Sequence record: SRR22947727_429
Length of the DNA: 40,279 nucleotides
Reading direction: 5' to 3' (one strand)
Made by a program: the position numbers and the translations under genes. A model generated the notes under the pieces. It was not told where the DNA came from. It searched no databases and was given only the letters and a program-made list of their open reading frames with translations. Positions within the stretch are counted from its first letter, which is position 1; every line of letters begins with the position of its first letter. Shown here in pieces: positions 18,229 through 27,829 of this stretch.

Positions 18229-19374
18229 TTAACCAGGCTGTTTTGCGATTATTTTGCCGGCGCAGTCTTTTAGATTTTCGAGCCCCAATTGGCCCATATT
18301 GGCGATAAGATCTTTGCGTAAAATATCTGTTAAATGTGCCGGACCCAGCGGCCCTAGCGCGCCCAAAGCATAATGCCATGCTTTCCCAAGCATCACAAAA
18401 TCTGCACCCAGCGCAAGCGCGCGTAGGATATCCAAACCGCTTTCAATACCGCTGTCAAAAATCAGCGGAAGTGTTGTGGCACGGCGAATGCTGGGTAGCA
18501 TGCTGATACTTTCGGGCGCGCCGTCAAATTGCCGGCCGGCATGGTTTGACACCCATAACGCGTCGACCCCAATGCGTTCCAACCGCTTGGTATCATCGGG
18601 GTTCAAAATACCTTTGACAATCAACGAGCCCTGCCAATTTTCTCGAAGCCAGCTTAGATAGGCCTCATCGGGCGAGGCCCGCAGCAAATAGCCGATATGG
18701 GCGGTGGGGGGCATGCCAGGTTTAACCTTTGCATATTTGTTCAAAAACGGCATGGCGGGCCGCCCAAAGGCGGCCGTTGCGAGCGCCCAATGTGGTTTTT
18801 GAGCGATTTGGGCCAGAAGGCGCGGCGTAAGCCTTGGAGGCTGAGTGATGCCGCTTCGTGTTTGGCGTTCGCGCCGGCTGGCTACGGGCAGATCAACCGT
18901 TAAGACTAAAGTATCAAAGCCCGCATTTTTAACGCGGCTCAGCATATCTGTGCGGATCTCAGGGTCGCGCGGTGGGTAAAGCTGAAACCAGCCATTTCCG
19001 TTTGCCACAGGACCAATGGTTTCCGGGGTTTGGCACGCAACCGTTGACAGGGTATAGGGAAGATTGTTGTCCTTAGCATTGCGCGCTAGCAGCGTTTCGG
19101 CATTGGGCCAGATCAGTCCCGACAGTCCCACCGGTGCAACGCCAAAAGGCAGATCGAAGGTTTTTCCTAAAAAATTGCAATTAAGATCAACCGCGAGCGG
19201 CCCATGCAAAACCGATGGCATCATGCGCAACTGTTCAAAGGCGATGCGATTATTAACAAGAGTGCTTTCTGTTCCGGTGGCGCTATCAAGATACTCCCAG
19301 ACAAAATGCGGTAATTTGCGCTTTGCGGCCAGTTTCAGGTCGAAGATGCCGGGATATCGTGTGTCTAAATCCAT
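18229..19374 (-). CDS. lldD: FMN-dependent alpha-hydroxy-acid dehydrogenase (L-lactate dehydrogenase-like)
   Basis: WFQLY, LTVD, VKGI, SNHAGRQFDG, DSGI; probable start MDLDTRYP at 19374. Confidence 0.88.
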   Translation of the reverse strand: MDLDTRYPGIFDLKLAAKRKLPHFVWEYLDSATGTESTLVNNRIAFEQLRMMPSVLHGPLAVDLNCNFLGKTFDLPFGVAPVGLSGLIWPNAETLLARNAKDNNLPYTLSTVACQTPETIGPVANGNGWFQLYPPRDPEIRTDMLSRVKNAGFDTLVLTVDLPVASRRERQTRSGITQPPRLTPRLLAQIAQKPHWALATAAFGRPAMPFLNKYAKVKPGMPPTAHIGYLLRASPDEAYLSWLRENWQGSLIVKGILNPDDTKRLERIGVDALWVSNHAGRQFDGAPESISMLPSIRRATTLPLIFDSGIESGLDILRALALGADFVMLGKAWHYALGALGPLGPAHLTDILRKDLIANMGQLGLENLKDCAGKIIAKQPG

Positions 19375-19553
19375 ATCCGTATATGGCGAAACCAAGATGT
19401 TCTTGTCTAGAGCCGCGGCGGCAATTGGATGAATAAACTTCGTGCTTTTTGGCTTTTTGATTTTTTTGCATAGACATCTGATCGAAAGAAAATAATAGAA
19501 CATTTGCTGAACATTCTCTTTTCAATCAGCTTTATTGGCGCTACTTTGCCGCC

Positions 19554-21899
19554 ATGAGCAGCTATGATAACACCCATAAACCCGCAGAGCTTTCTCTTTC
19601 TGCACAAGCGATCGCGGCGCGGCCAAGCCCTTATCTTGATCAACTGAATCCGGCGCAGCGCGCTGCTGTTGAAGCGCTTGACGGGCCGGTTTTGATGTTG
19701 GCGGGGGCAGGGACGGGAAAAACCAAAGCCTTAACCTGCCGGATTGCGCATTTGTTAACGACAGGGCGGGCGCGTCCTCATGAGATATTGTCAGTAACAT
19801 TTACCAATAAAGCCGCCCGCGAGATGAAAAGCCGCGTTGCAGAATTGCTAGGGCAATCTGTTGAAGGGATGCCTTGGATGGGCACGTTTCATTCGATTTG
19901 CGTCAAGCTTCTGCGGCGCCATGCAGAATTGGTTGGGCTGAAAAGTAGCTTCACGATTTTGGATACGGATGATCAGATACGGCTATTAAAGCAATTGCTC
20001 GTGGCCTCTGACGTGGATGATAAGCGGTGGCCGGCGCGGCAATTGGCTGGCATTATCGATCAGTGGAAAAACCGAGCTTGGGGGCCTGAAAATGTACCCG
20101 CGGCTGAAGCGGGTGCTTTCAATCACCGCGCCACCGAATTCTATGCGGCCTATCAAGAGCGCCTCAAGGCATTAAATGCGGTGGATTTTGGCGATCTGTT
20201 ACTGCATGTCGTTAAGATTTTTCAAACGCAGCCGGATGTTCTTCAGCAATATCAGCAGTGGTTCAAATACATCCTGGTGGACGAATATCAAGATACCAAT
20301 GTTGCGCAGTATTTGTGGCTTAGATTATTGGCTGGTGGTCACAAAAATATTTGCTGTGTTGGTGATGATGATCAGTCAATCTATGGCTGGCGGGGCGCCG
20401 AAGTGGGCAATATTTTGAAATTTGAAAAGGATTTTGCGGGAGCGAAAACCGTAAGGTTGGAGCAAAATTACAGATCAACGCCGCATATTCTTGCCGCCGC
20501 AAGCGCCGTTATTTCAGGCAATACAGGGCGGTTGGGCAAAGAGCTTTGGACCGATCTTGACGAAGGTGAAAAGCTGCGTTTGATCGGGCATTGGGATGCT
20601 GAAGAAGAGGCCCGCTGGATTGGCGATGAGATCGAAGCGCTTCAACAAGGCAGCCGTGGTCTTGATAAGTTTAGTCCAGATCAAATGGCGATTTTGGTCC
20701 GGGCCAGCCATCAAATGCGCGCCTTTGAAGATCGGTTTTTGACCATTGGTTTACCCTATCGCGTGATTGGGGGGCCACGGTTTTACGAGCGGATGGAAAT
20801 TCGCGATGCGATGGCTTATTTTCGACTGGTTTGTAGCCCCAGTGATGATTTAGCCTTTGAACGGATCGTGAATACGCCCAAACGCGGGCTGGGAGATAAA
20901 GCCCAGCAGAAAATTCAATCTATGGCGCGCCAAGAAGGCATTGCCTTAACGGAAGGGGCGAGGCTGCTTTTGGAGGCCAAAGGCCTGTCGGGCAAAGGGG
21001 CGCTTGAGCTGGGCCGTTTGGTCGATGGGCTGGGGCGGTGGCGCAAAACGATGCAAGATCAATCAATATCCCATCAAGAATTGGCTGAGGTGATATTGGA
21101 TGAATCGGGCTATACCGAGATGTGGCAGAATGACAAAACACCCGAAGCGGCGGGGCGGTTGGAAAACTTGAAAGAATTGGTGAAAGCGCTCGATCAATTT
21201 GAGAATTTACAAGGGTTTTTAGAGCATGTGTCGCTGGTGATGGACAATGAGCGCGATGAGGCTGGTGAGAAAGTCAGCATTATGACGCTGCATGCCGCCA
21301 AAGGGCTCGAGTTTCCAGCCGTTTTCCTACCAGGGTGGGAAGATGGTTTATTCCCCTCGCAGCGCAGTATGGATGAAACTGGTCAGCGTGGTTTGGAAGA
21401 AGAGCGCCGTCTTGCCTATGTGGGGATTACGCGCGCAGAGCGTCTGTGTACGATTTGTTTTGCGGGCAACCGGCGCATTTTTGGACAATGGCAATCTTCA
21501 ATGCCTTCTCGGTTCATTGATGAGCTGCCTGCTGATCACGTCGATGTTCTGACCCCCCTGGGTCTTTATGGCGGTGCCTATGGAATGCAGAGTGAGGCGT
21601 CAAATTTGGCTGTTGATATGGAAAATATCGGCGGGGGCTACGCCTCACCGGGGTGGAAGCGCTTGCAATCCCAAAGCGCTGAGCGCCCGATAAGCCAACC
21701 GCGCGAAAGCGCGCATATGACTATTGATGCGGTTGCGGTTTCAAGTTTTACAATCGGTGTGCGGGTGTTTCATCAAAAGTTTGGCTATGGTTGCGTGTCT
21801 GAGATTGAAGGCGATAAATTGACAATCGCCTTTGAAAAGGCCGGGATTAAAAAAGTGGTCTCGCGTTTTGTGGTATTGGCGGATGACGTGCCATTTTAA
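19554..21899 (+). CDS. uvrD: ATP-dependent DNA helicase UvrD/PcrA
   Basis: AGAGTGKT, TFTNKAA, VDEYQDTN, VGDDDQSIY, QNYRS, TLHAAKGLEF, EERRLAYV, C-terminal Tudor-like RVFHQKFGYG. Confidence 0.97.
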   Translation: MSSYDNTHKPAELSLSAQAIAARPSPYLDQLNPAQRAAVEALDGPVLMLAGAGTGKTKALTCRIAHLLTTGRARPHEILSVTFTNKAAREMKSRVAELLGQSVEGMPWMGTFHSICVKLLRRHAELVGLKSSFTILDTDDQIRLLKQLLVASDVDDKRWPARQLAGIIDQWKNRAWGPENVPAAEAGAFNHRATEFYAAYQERLKALNAVDFGDLLLHVVKIFQTQPDVLQQYQQWFKYILVDEYQDTNVAQYLWLRLLAGGHKNICCVGDDDQSIYGWRGAEVGNILKFEKDFAGAKTVRLEQNYRSTPHILAAASAVISGNTGRLGKELWTDLDEGEKLRLIGHWDAEEEARWIGDEIEALQQGSRGLDKFSPDQMAILVRASHQMRAFEDRFLTIGLPYRVIGGPRFYERMEIRDAMAYFRLVCSPSDDLAFERIVNTPKRGLGDKAQQKIQSMARQEGIALTEGARLLLEAKGLSGKGALELGRLVDGLGRWRKTMQDQSISHQELAEVILDESGYTEMWQNDKTPEAAGRLENLKELVKALDQFENLQGFLEHVSLVMDNERDEAGEKVSIMTLHAAKGLEFPAVFLPGWEDGLFPSQRSMDETGQRGLEEERRLAYVGITRAERLCTICFAGNRRIFGQWQSSMPSRFIDELPADHVDVLTPLGLYGGAYGMQSEASNLAVDMENIGGGYASPGWKRLQSQSAERPISQPRESAHMTIDAVAVSSFTIGVRVFHQKFGYGCVSEIEGDKLTIAFEKAGIKKVVSRFVVLADDVPF

Positions 21900-21940
21900 T
21901 GTGATGAATCTGGAAGCGGCGTTTTAAAAGGGTTTTTGAG

Positions 21941-22687
21941 ATGAATAACTATGATTTAAATGGCCGTTTGGCGGTGATCACTGGCGGCGCGCAGGGCATC
22001 GGATTTGCTGTTGCGCAACGCTTCATCGCCAGCGGCGCGCGAGTGATGATTTGGGATCAAGATGATGCGCAGGGGCAGGCCGCAGTCGCACGATTGGAGC
22101 AGGGTGCCGCCGCGATGCCTGTGGATGTGGCTGATGCGAATGGGGTGAAAAACGCAGCGGAAAAAACCAAAGCTGACTATGGGTCTATTTCAATTTTGAT
22201 CACATGCGCTGGTGTTGCGGGATCAAACGCAAAGCTTGTGGCTTATGACCCAGATGAATGGAAATCGATTATCGACATTAATCTCAACGGCACCTTCAAT
22301 TGTTGCCGCGCGGTGGTGCCATCCATGATGGAGCAAGGCTATGGGCGCATTGTAACCGTTGCCTCGGTGGCGGGAAAAGAAGGAAATCCGAATGCCGCGG
22401 CCTATTCTGCCTCTAAAGCTGGGGTGATCGCCTTAACCAAATCCTTGGGCAAAGAACATGCTGATATGGATATTGCGGTGAATTGTGTGACCCCGGCAGC
22501 GGCGAAAACCCGAATTTTTGATCAAATGAGCCAGAAACATATCGACTATATGTTGTCTAAGATTCCACGTGGGCGTTTTTTGAAGGTTGAAGAAGCCGCC
22601 CAAATGATCACTTGGCTGAGCACTTCGGAAAATTCATTCACCACGGGATCTGTCTTTGACCTAAGCGGCGGTCGCGCAACTTATTAG
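21941..22687 (+). CDS. Short-chain dehydrogenase/reductase (LRA5-like subfamily)
   Basis: TGGAQGIG, SVAGKEGNPNAAAYSASK, C-terminal FDLSGGRATY. Confidence 0.88.
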   Translation: MNNYDLNGRLAVITGGAQGIGFAVAQRFIASGARVMIWDQDDAQGQAAVARLEQGAAAMPVDVADANGVKNAAEKTKADYGSISILITCAGVAGSNAKLVAYDPDEWKSIIDINLNGTFNCCRAVVPSMMEQGYGRIVTVASVAGKEGNPNAAAYSASKAGVIALTKSLGKEHADMDIAVNCVTPAAAKTRIFDQMSQKHIDYMLSKIPRGRFLKVEEAAQMITWLSTSENSFTTGSVFDLSGGRATY

Positions 22688-22836
22688 ATCGGACTTTTCA
22701 AGGCGCTTGTGTTTGCTTTTCCTCTGCGCATGCCGCGCAAATGTGGTCTTTCTTTTGCGTTAAAAGCTTATAAAATCTCGTATAAACATTTCATAGACTG
22801 GGGTTGCGACCGCTTTGCCTGTTTTAGGAGTTTGAT

Positions 22837-23744
22837 ACGTTCGAGGCGAAGATAGTCTGAAAATAACAGCTATTTCATCAAAGATATTGTGGGTTTTACC
22901 AGAAAGATGGCCCATAGCGAAGCTATAAGGCTGCCTACGTTTAGATCTTGCCGTGAGATTATGGACAATCTGTTTCAAGAACATGGAGGGCGGATATTCA
23001 ATACGGGTGAGGATCCTGTGCTGGCCGGGTTTCAACCAGCCCAACAGGTTTGGGATGAGCGCAATATGCAGGTGATTGAGCTGTGCGATGAAGCAATTTA
23101 AAAAAATTCAGAATTGGTTGATGCCTATGTTTTAAAGCCTAAATGCCGTTTTCTGTGCGCTTAGAAGCCAAGTATAAATCGCGCCGAAACGTGATGGAGG
23201 CAAGCTTTCATGAACTGTCTGAGCTTGCCTATCGGCTTGATCCTAAAGCCCTGATGTGGTGTCAAATCATAGAAATTCCTTCAATATGAAAGAAGGTTAC
23301 GATCAGCGGATGAAATATGCCAAAGAAGCCTTGGAGCTTAACCCCAGCCATCCAAGATCAAACTCTCAATGTGGCATGGCGATTTGTAACGAGGGGCGCT
23401 TTGCCGAGGCGGAAAAGCTTTCTCTAGGTGCCATTATCCTGTTCAACGCAAATCTTATGAAAGCTTTTTTTTTTCGGTTTCTCTATATGGCAATGAACCA
23501 GTTGGAGCAGGCGCTGAAATTGTTATACACGCTTTATGACAGGTCGCAGCATACCCACTATGATGGGTTTAGGGCTGCGATTAAAGTGCATTTGAATAAC
23601 AAAGATGCGGCAAAAGCAGATTTGAAAACGTATAAAGCGGCGCGGCCCGAATTAAAGATGCTTCAGGATTATGAAGAAGTTGCCCCTGCTATCATCAAAG
23701 ATTACTTGCGGGCTGAGCTGAAAGAGATTTGGGATCTGGTTTGA
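22837..23744 (+). pseudogene. Decayed class III adenylate/guanylate cyclase-TPR protein
   Basis: AGGAG then ACG (probable mutated start), KITAI/KDIVGFTRKMAHSE...CREIMDNLFQEHGGRIFNTGEDPVLAGF (cyclase DVVG...GRIFNTAGD pattern), then TPR-like fragments (AKEALELNPSHP). Contains stops, frameshifts and a large internal loss. Confidence 0.75.
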
Positions 23745-24262
23745 TAGAAAACTTTGAAGAGCCTTACCGAAATCATGCCTTAATAAAAGATATAGAGGCC
23801 GCCGTGCAAAGCATGTGATATTCCATCGGGAATTGATCTAACATTTCATAATCCTGATTTATAAACAGTGCTTTAGAATAGGTTTTTTATGTTAGTCTTT
23901 GCCGTAAATAGTTCTCAACTTTGTTAAACAAAAGGCCAGGCCTGTGTTTTTTTAATCAACTTAAAATTTTCTTCTGCATGCTAAGCCCATCTGATCAATC
24001 AAAATCTATCTGCTAAAACTTAAGGAAATTCTATGGCAAGAGTGGCGTATGATAAGTATTTTCGCGCTATTCTCGGTGCTGATTATCAATCGCTAAAATT
24101 TACAATTTTACTCAGCTGCGTGAAAACTTTCACCAAAGGCTCAACTTAAATGGGCGGCGCCAATGAGGGTTGGCTTTATCGCGCATTCGTTATGTCGTTT
24201 TGTAGCTGAGTGATTGATTTTATTTGTGTAGTTTGCCTTTGAGCAAGTGAGCTAAGTTGCTT

Positions 24263-24481
24263 TTACCACAGACCAAACGGTCCGTTGCCTTCTTCGCGCC
24301 GCACGCGTTCTTTAAACGCATCCGTTGCATTGGTTCGAAACATTGTTTGAAGATAGTATCGTTCAGTATCTGCCTCATCGATTGTCAATCCGCCGATTGG
24401 CCGCCAGTCTGAACTGATTAAATCATTGACCGAGTTTTGTAGATCTTCCAGGCTGGTTTTGCGTATTATTTGGTATTGCAT
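24263..24481 (-). CDS. Small DUF1737-like protein
   Basis: MQYQIIRKTSLEDLQNSVNDLISSDWRPIGGL...YYLQTM fits the Y.....L...VN..I..GW.P.GG...Q.M pattern. Confidence 0.65.
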   Translation of the reverse strand: MQYQIIRKTSLEDLQNSVNDLISSDWRPIGGLTIDEADTERYYLQTMFRTNATDAFKERVRREEGNGPFGLW

Positions 24482-24785
24482 CGGCCAATCCCCAAGCGAA
24501 TGTTCAAATCCGAGATTATCCAATTACATCAAATAAGCCAAAAGTTTTCTTTGCTAGTGGCGTTTCCTTATGCACATTTAATCTATTGTCCTATGGAAAT
24601 AAAACAGGCGCGAGTGATTTAAATATCACACGCACCCAAAAGCTATCGGCATCCAACTGGATACCGTTTTAAGTCCTTCTGCCGTAGCTCAAATTCAAGT
24701 TCCGCGCTAAAGGTTTTTGTATCCGTTCATTATAAAAACTTTGCAGTTAAACCGCGTTGCATTTATATTCGGGTTTCAATATTGT

Positions 24786-24905
24786 TTAAAGCTTGTTGCT
24801 TGAAGCCTCAGGGGTAACCATTACGGATTCTGGTGCTGCTGTTTCACAGCCTGCGAGAAAAACGGTTCCGGCGAGCGCGAATGCGATAATAAAAATCTTT
24901 TTCAT
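24786..24905 (-). CDS. Small (39 aa) lipoprotein
   Basis: AGAAGGAG RBS; MKKIFIIAFALAGTVFLAGCETAAPESVMVTPEASSNKL*; canonical lipobox LAGC; below the ORF-track cutoff. Confidence 0.8.
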   Translation of the reverse strand: MKKIFIIAFALAGTVFLAGCETAAPESVMVTPEASSNKL

Positions 24906-25098
24906 TTGATGTCTCCTTCTTGCTCTATAAGAACGATCGTCGCACGTTATTCAAGGGAAAACTGATGTAAGATAGATATTTTTTTTTTACGTTGGTCTTA
25001 CGAAACGTATAGCACGAGGCAAAACTCGCCTTGAATATCGATCTTATCGGTTTGATGATCACCGTATACAAGTGATACTTAGGTGTTGGTTCGAAACG

Positions 25099-25542
25099 TC
25101 ATGTGATCGTTTTTGTTAGATTCTCAGCTTTACGAAAAAATGCTTGAAGGCGCCGCGTTGAAAGCATGCCAATTATCATCGCGCTGGCAAATACTAAGCC
25201 GCTGCTTCCACCAAAGCTTAAGGATGCAATTGCCGGGCCTGGGCACAGGCCTGCCAACCCCCATCCGATCCCGAAAAACACCGAGCCAATAATAAGGTCG
25301 CGATCTATTCCGGCCGTGTTCGTTGCTGGAAATTTATCCGCCGTCAGGGGCGTGCGTATCCGCGTGGCCTTCCAGGCGATTGCCATTGGTAGCATTGCGC
25401 CGCCCATTACAAAAGCTAAGGTTGGATCCCATTCGCCGAATATATCCAACCAGCCCTGCACTTTTTTGGTATCCGTCATGCCCGATATGATCAAGCCAAG
25501 GCCAAACAAAGCGCCTGAAACTAAACTAATCAATGTGCGCAT
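25099..25542 (-). CDS. YeeE/YedE-family sulfur transporter subunit (DUF6691/PmpB-like)
   Basis: GLIISGMTD..KV.GWLD..G.WDPTL and FGIGWGLAGLCPGP. Confidence 0.88.
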   Translation of the reverse strand: MRTLISLVSGALFGLGLIISGMTDTKKVQGWLDIFGEWDPTLAFVMGGAMLPMAIAWKATRIRTPLTADKFPATNTAGIDRDLIIGSVFFGIGWGLAGLCPGPAIASLSFGGSSGLVFASAMIIGMLSTRRLQAFFRKAENLTKTIT

Positions 25543-25967
25543 CAAATGGCTCCTAAAAAATGTTTAAACACAACCACGCTTACCGCCCCGGCTAAAATAT
25601 ACGCCATCGTTGCAGCTATACCCCGCAGGGAAAACCTTGAAATGCCGCAGACGCCATGGCCTGATGTGCAACCATTTGCCAGCCTGGTTCCAAAACCCAC
25701 TGCTAAACCTGCAATCGCCACGACGATTACATTTTCGCTAGCATTTGTCGGACCTATGTTTAACGGTCGCACGAACAGCATTGGAGCAATGAATAAAGAA
25801 GAAACGAACGCTAGGTTTTCAATCCAAATCCGCCGATCTATGGTTTCGAACATGCCAAAAACCAATCCGCTTGCGCCCATAACGCGACCATTCCCTAATA
25901 AAAGAAAAGCGCCAGCGCAGCCAATCAAGACACCGCCTACCAATCCATAAATCCAGTCCATTGGCAT
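25542..25967 (-). CDS. YeeE/YedE-family sulfur transporter subunit (PmpA-like)
   Basis: GRVMGASG and GFGTRLANGCTSGHGVCG. Confidence 0.9.
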   Translation of the reverse strand: MPMDWIYGLVGGVLIGCAGAFLLLGNGRVMGASGLVFGMFETIDRRIWIENLAFVSSLFIAPMLFVRPLNIGPTNASENVIVVAIAGLAVGFGTRLANGCTSGHGVCGISRFSLRGIAATMAYILAGAVSVVVFKHFLGAI

Positions 25968-26016
25968 ATTTAGCTCTCCTACTGCGCGCGTTTGGTTTTA
26001 CGCTATTTTTCTAAAT

Positions 26017-26880
26017 TTAGAGTTTATTGATGGGCAGTTTTAAAAACACATCCCCATGCTCATCAGGCGGTGGCATATTGCCTGCCCGCATATTGATTTG
26101 CAATGAGGGCACTATCAATTTTGGCATCGCAAGTTTTGCATCTCGTTCGTCTCGAAGCTTTACAAACGCGTCAGCTTTGACATCGCCCCCAATGTGAACA
26201 TTCTTTTTACGCTGTTCGCCAACTGTGGTTTCCCAACTATATTCATCTCTGCCCGGCGCTTTGTAATCATGACCTACAAAAATTTTTGTTTCATCGGGCA
26301 GCGCGAGTATTTTTTGAATCGACTCATATAGGGTTTGCGAGGACCCGCCCGGAAAATCGCAGCGTGCGGTACCAAAATCGGGCATGAACAACGTATCTCC
26401 AACGAAAGCGGCGCCTTCGATGACATAGGTGAGGCAGGCCGGAGTGTGCCCTGGGGTATGTAAAACATCAACGCGCATTTGACCAATGTGAAAAACATCC
26501 CCGTGATTGAATAATTGATCAAATTGGCTACCGTCGCGCTGAAACTCTGTGCCCTCGTTGAATACTTTTCCAAAAGTATCTTGAACAAGGGTGATGTTGT
26601 TTCCGATCCCAATTCTGCCGCCTAGTTGGTCTTGGATATATGGGGCCGCGGAGAGGTGATCGGCATGCACATGGCTTTCAAGCAGCCATTGAATATCCAA
26701 AGTCTGGTCCTTGACATAAGCGATGATTTTATCTGCTGAGCTGGTTTGAGTGGTTCCAGAGGCATAATCAAAATCAAGCACGCTGTCGATGATGGCAGCC
26801 GCATGTCCGTTCGGGTCTCGCACGACATAAGAAATTGTGTTGGTTTGCGGATCAAAAAAAGCTTTTACTTTCGGTCCCAT
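26017..26880 (-). CDS. Persulfide dioxygenase (MBL-fold, Blh/ETHE1-like)
   Basis: ESHVHADH, TPGHTPAC, GDTLFMPDFGTARCDFPGG, GHDY, PSLQINMRAG. Confidence 0.9.
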   Translation of the reverse strand: MGPKVKAFFDPQTNTISYVVRDPNGHAAAIIDSVLDFDYASGTTQTSSADKIIAYVKDQTLDIQWLLESHVHADHLSAAPYIQDQLGGRIGIGNNITLVQDTFGKVFNEGTEFQRDGSQFDQLFNHGDVFHIGQMRVDVLHTPGHTPACLTYVIEGAAFVGDTLFMPDFGTARCDFPGGSSQTLYESIQKILALPDETKIFVGHDYKAPGRDEYSWETTVGEQRKKNVHIGGDVKADAFVKLRDERDAKLAMPKLIVPSLQINMRAGNMPPPDEHGDVFLKLPINKL

Positions 26881-27044
26881 TCAGCGCTCCTAAAAATAGT
26901 TGGCGGCAGAATAACAATATCCCTCTTATTGACAAGTATATCGAATGGATTGTTTTTAAGCGTTTGATCGGTGGAATTTTGTTTTTTTAATTGCGCAGAC
27001 CAAAGGCTTTTGTTCTGCGCCTCTCATTTTGTGCTCCGGGCAAC

Positions 27045-27260
27045 TTACCCAACCGCTATACCAATTGCGACTGTCATCAATCCCACGGCCGATAAAAACA
27101 AGGATCCTAAATTTATGGGCATAACGGCGGCTAATTCAGCACGCATCTCCTCATCCGAGAGCGATCGCTTCTTTGCCTTTACAACTCTCGCGATGCAAAG
27201 CATCAACCCAATAATGCCAAGCAAAGACAGGGTGGCCCCAGTTAAAACTATTCCCGACAT
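27045..27260 (-). CDS. Small two-helix membrane protein
   Basis: MSGIVLTGATLSLLGIIGLMLCIARVVKAKKRSLSDEEMRAELAAVMPINLGSLFLSAVGLMTVAIGIAVG; this is the 3' part of ORF 27045..27584. Confidence 0.7.
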   Translation of the reverse strand: MSGIVLTGATLSLLGIIGLMLCIARVVKAKKRSLSDEEMRAELAAVMPINLGSLFLSAVGLMTVAIGIAVG

Positions 27261-27389
27261 GGCGGTATTCCTAGCTATCCAGATTGAGCCCGCCCTATAG
27301 GTTTTCTTTATGCCAAGCAACCAAAAGGCGTCTCTTGCGCAGCCAAAGCAAGCTGGTTTAAGGAGAGCAGGAATTCCAAGGAGATTGAA

Positions 27390-27644
27390 ATGCAAGATAC
27401 GCCCGAAGACACCCACCGTGTGGCCGCCGCAGAGCTTCGTCAGTTTATTGAAAGATATGAACGTTTGGAGGCCGAAAAAAAAGATATTGCGGATCAACAG
27501 AAAGAGGTGATGGCAGAAGCCAAAGGGCGGGGCTACGACACGCGCGTGATGCGTAAATTGATCGTTTTGCGTAAGCGCGATCAAAACGAGATTGCTGAAG
27601 AAGAAGCCATCTTAGATATGTATAAAGAAGTTCTGGGGATGTAG
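27390..27644 (+). CDS. gapR: DUF2312/UPF0335 nucleoid-associated protein GapR
   Basis: ELRQFIERYERLEAEKKDIADQQKEVMAEAKGRGYD...LRKRD...EEEAILDMY. Confidence 0.92.
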   Translation: MQDTPEDTHRVAAAELRQFIERYERLEAEKKDIADQQKEVMAEAKGRGYDTRVMRKLIVLRKRDQNEIAEEEAILDMYKEVLGM

Positions 27645-27829
27645 TGCTTGGGGCAAGTTGACCAAGGTAAATTCTGCCTACGGCATTGATTATGAGTGAT
27701 CTATAGACTCTATTGACCCGCGCAAGCGTGACTTTGGCTTTGCAAGTTGTTGCATCAGTTGTGCAAAGGGCGCACATCGGGCAAGTATAAGATGAGCATT
27801 ACGCAGAAAAACCGGCAAAGGACCACCAT

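Noticed and set aside
24033-24149. 38-codon ORF MARVAYDKYF... with an AAGGA RBS
   Set aside because: No recognisable features; may be chance or a gene remnant.
27261-27584. 5' extension of ORF 27045..27584 (179 aa)
   Set aside because: Antisense to gapR; only the last 71 codons look like a real protein.
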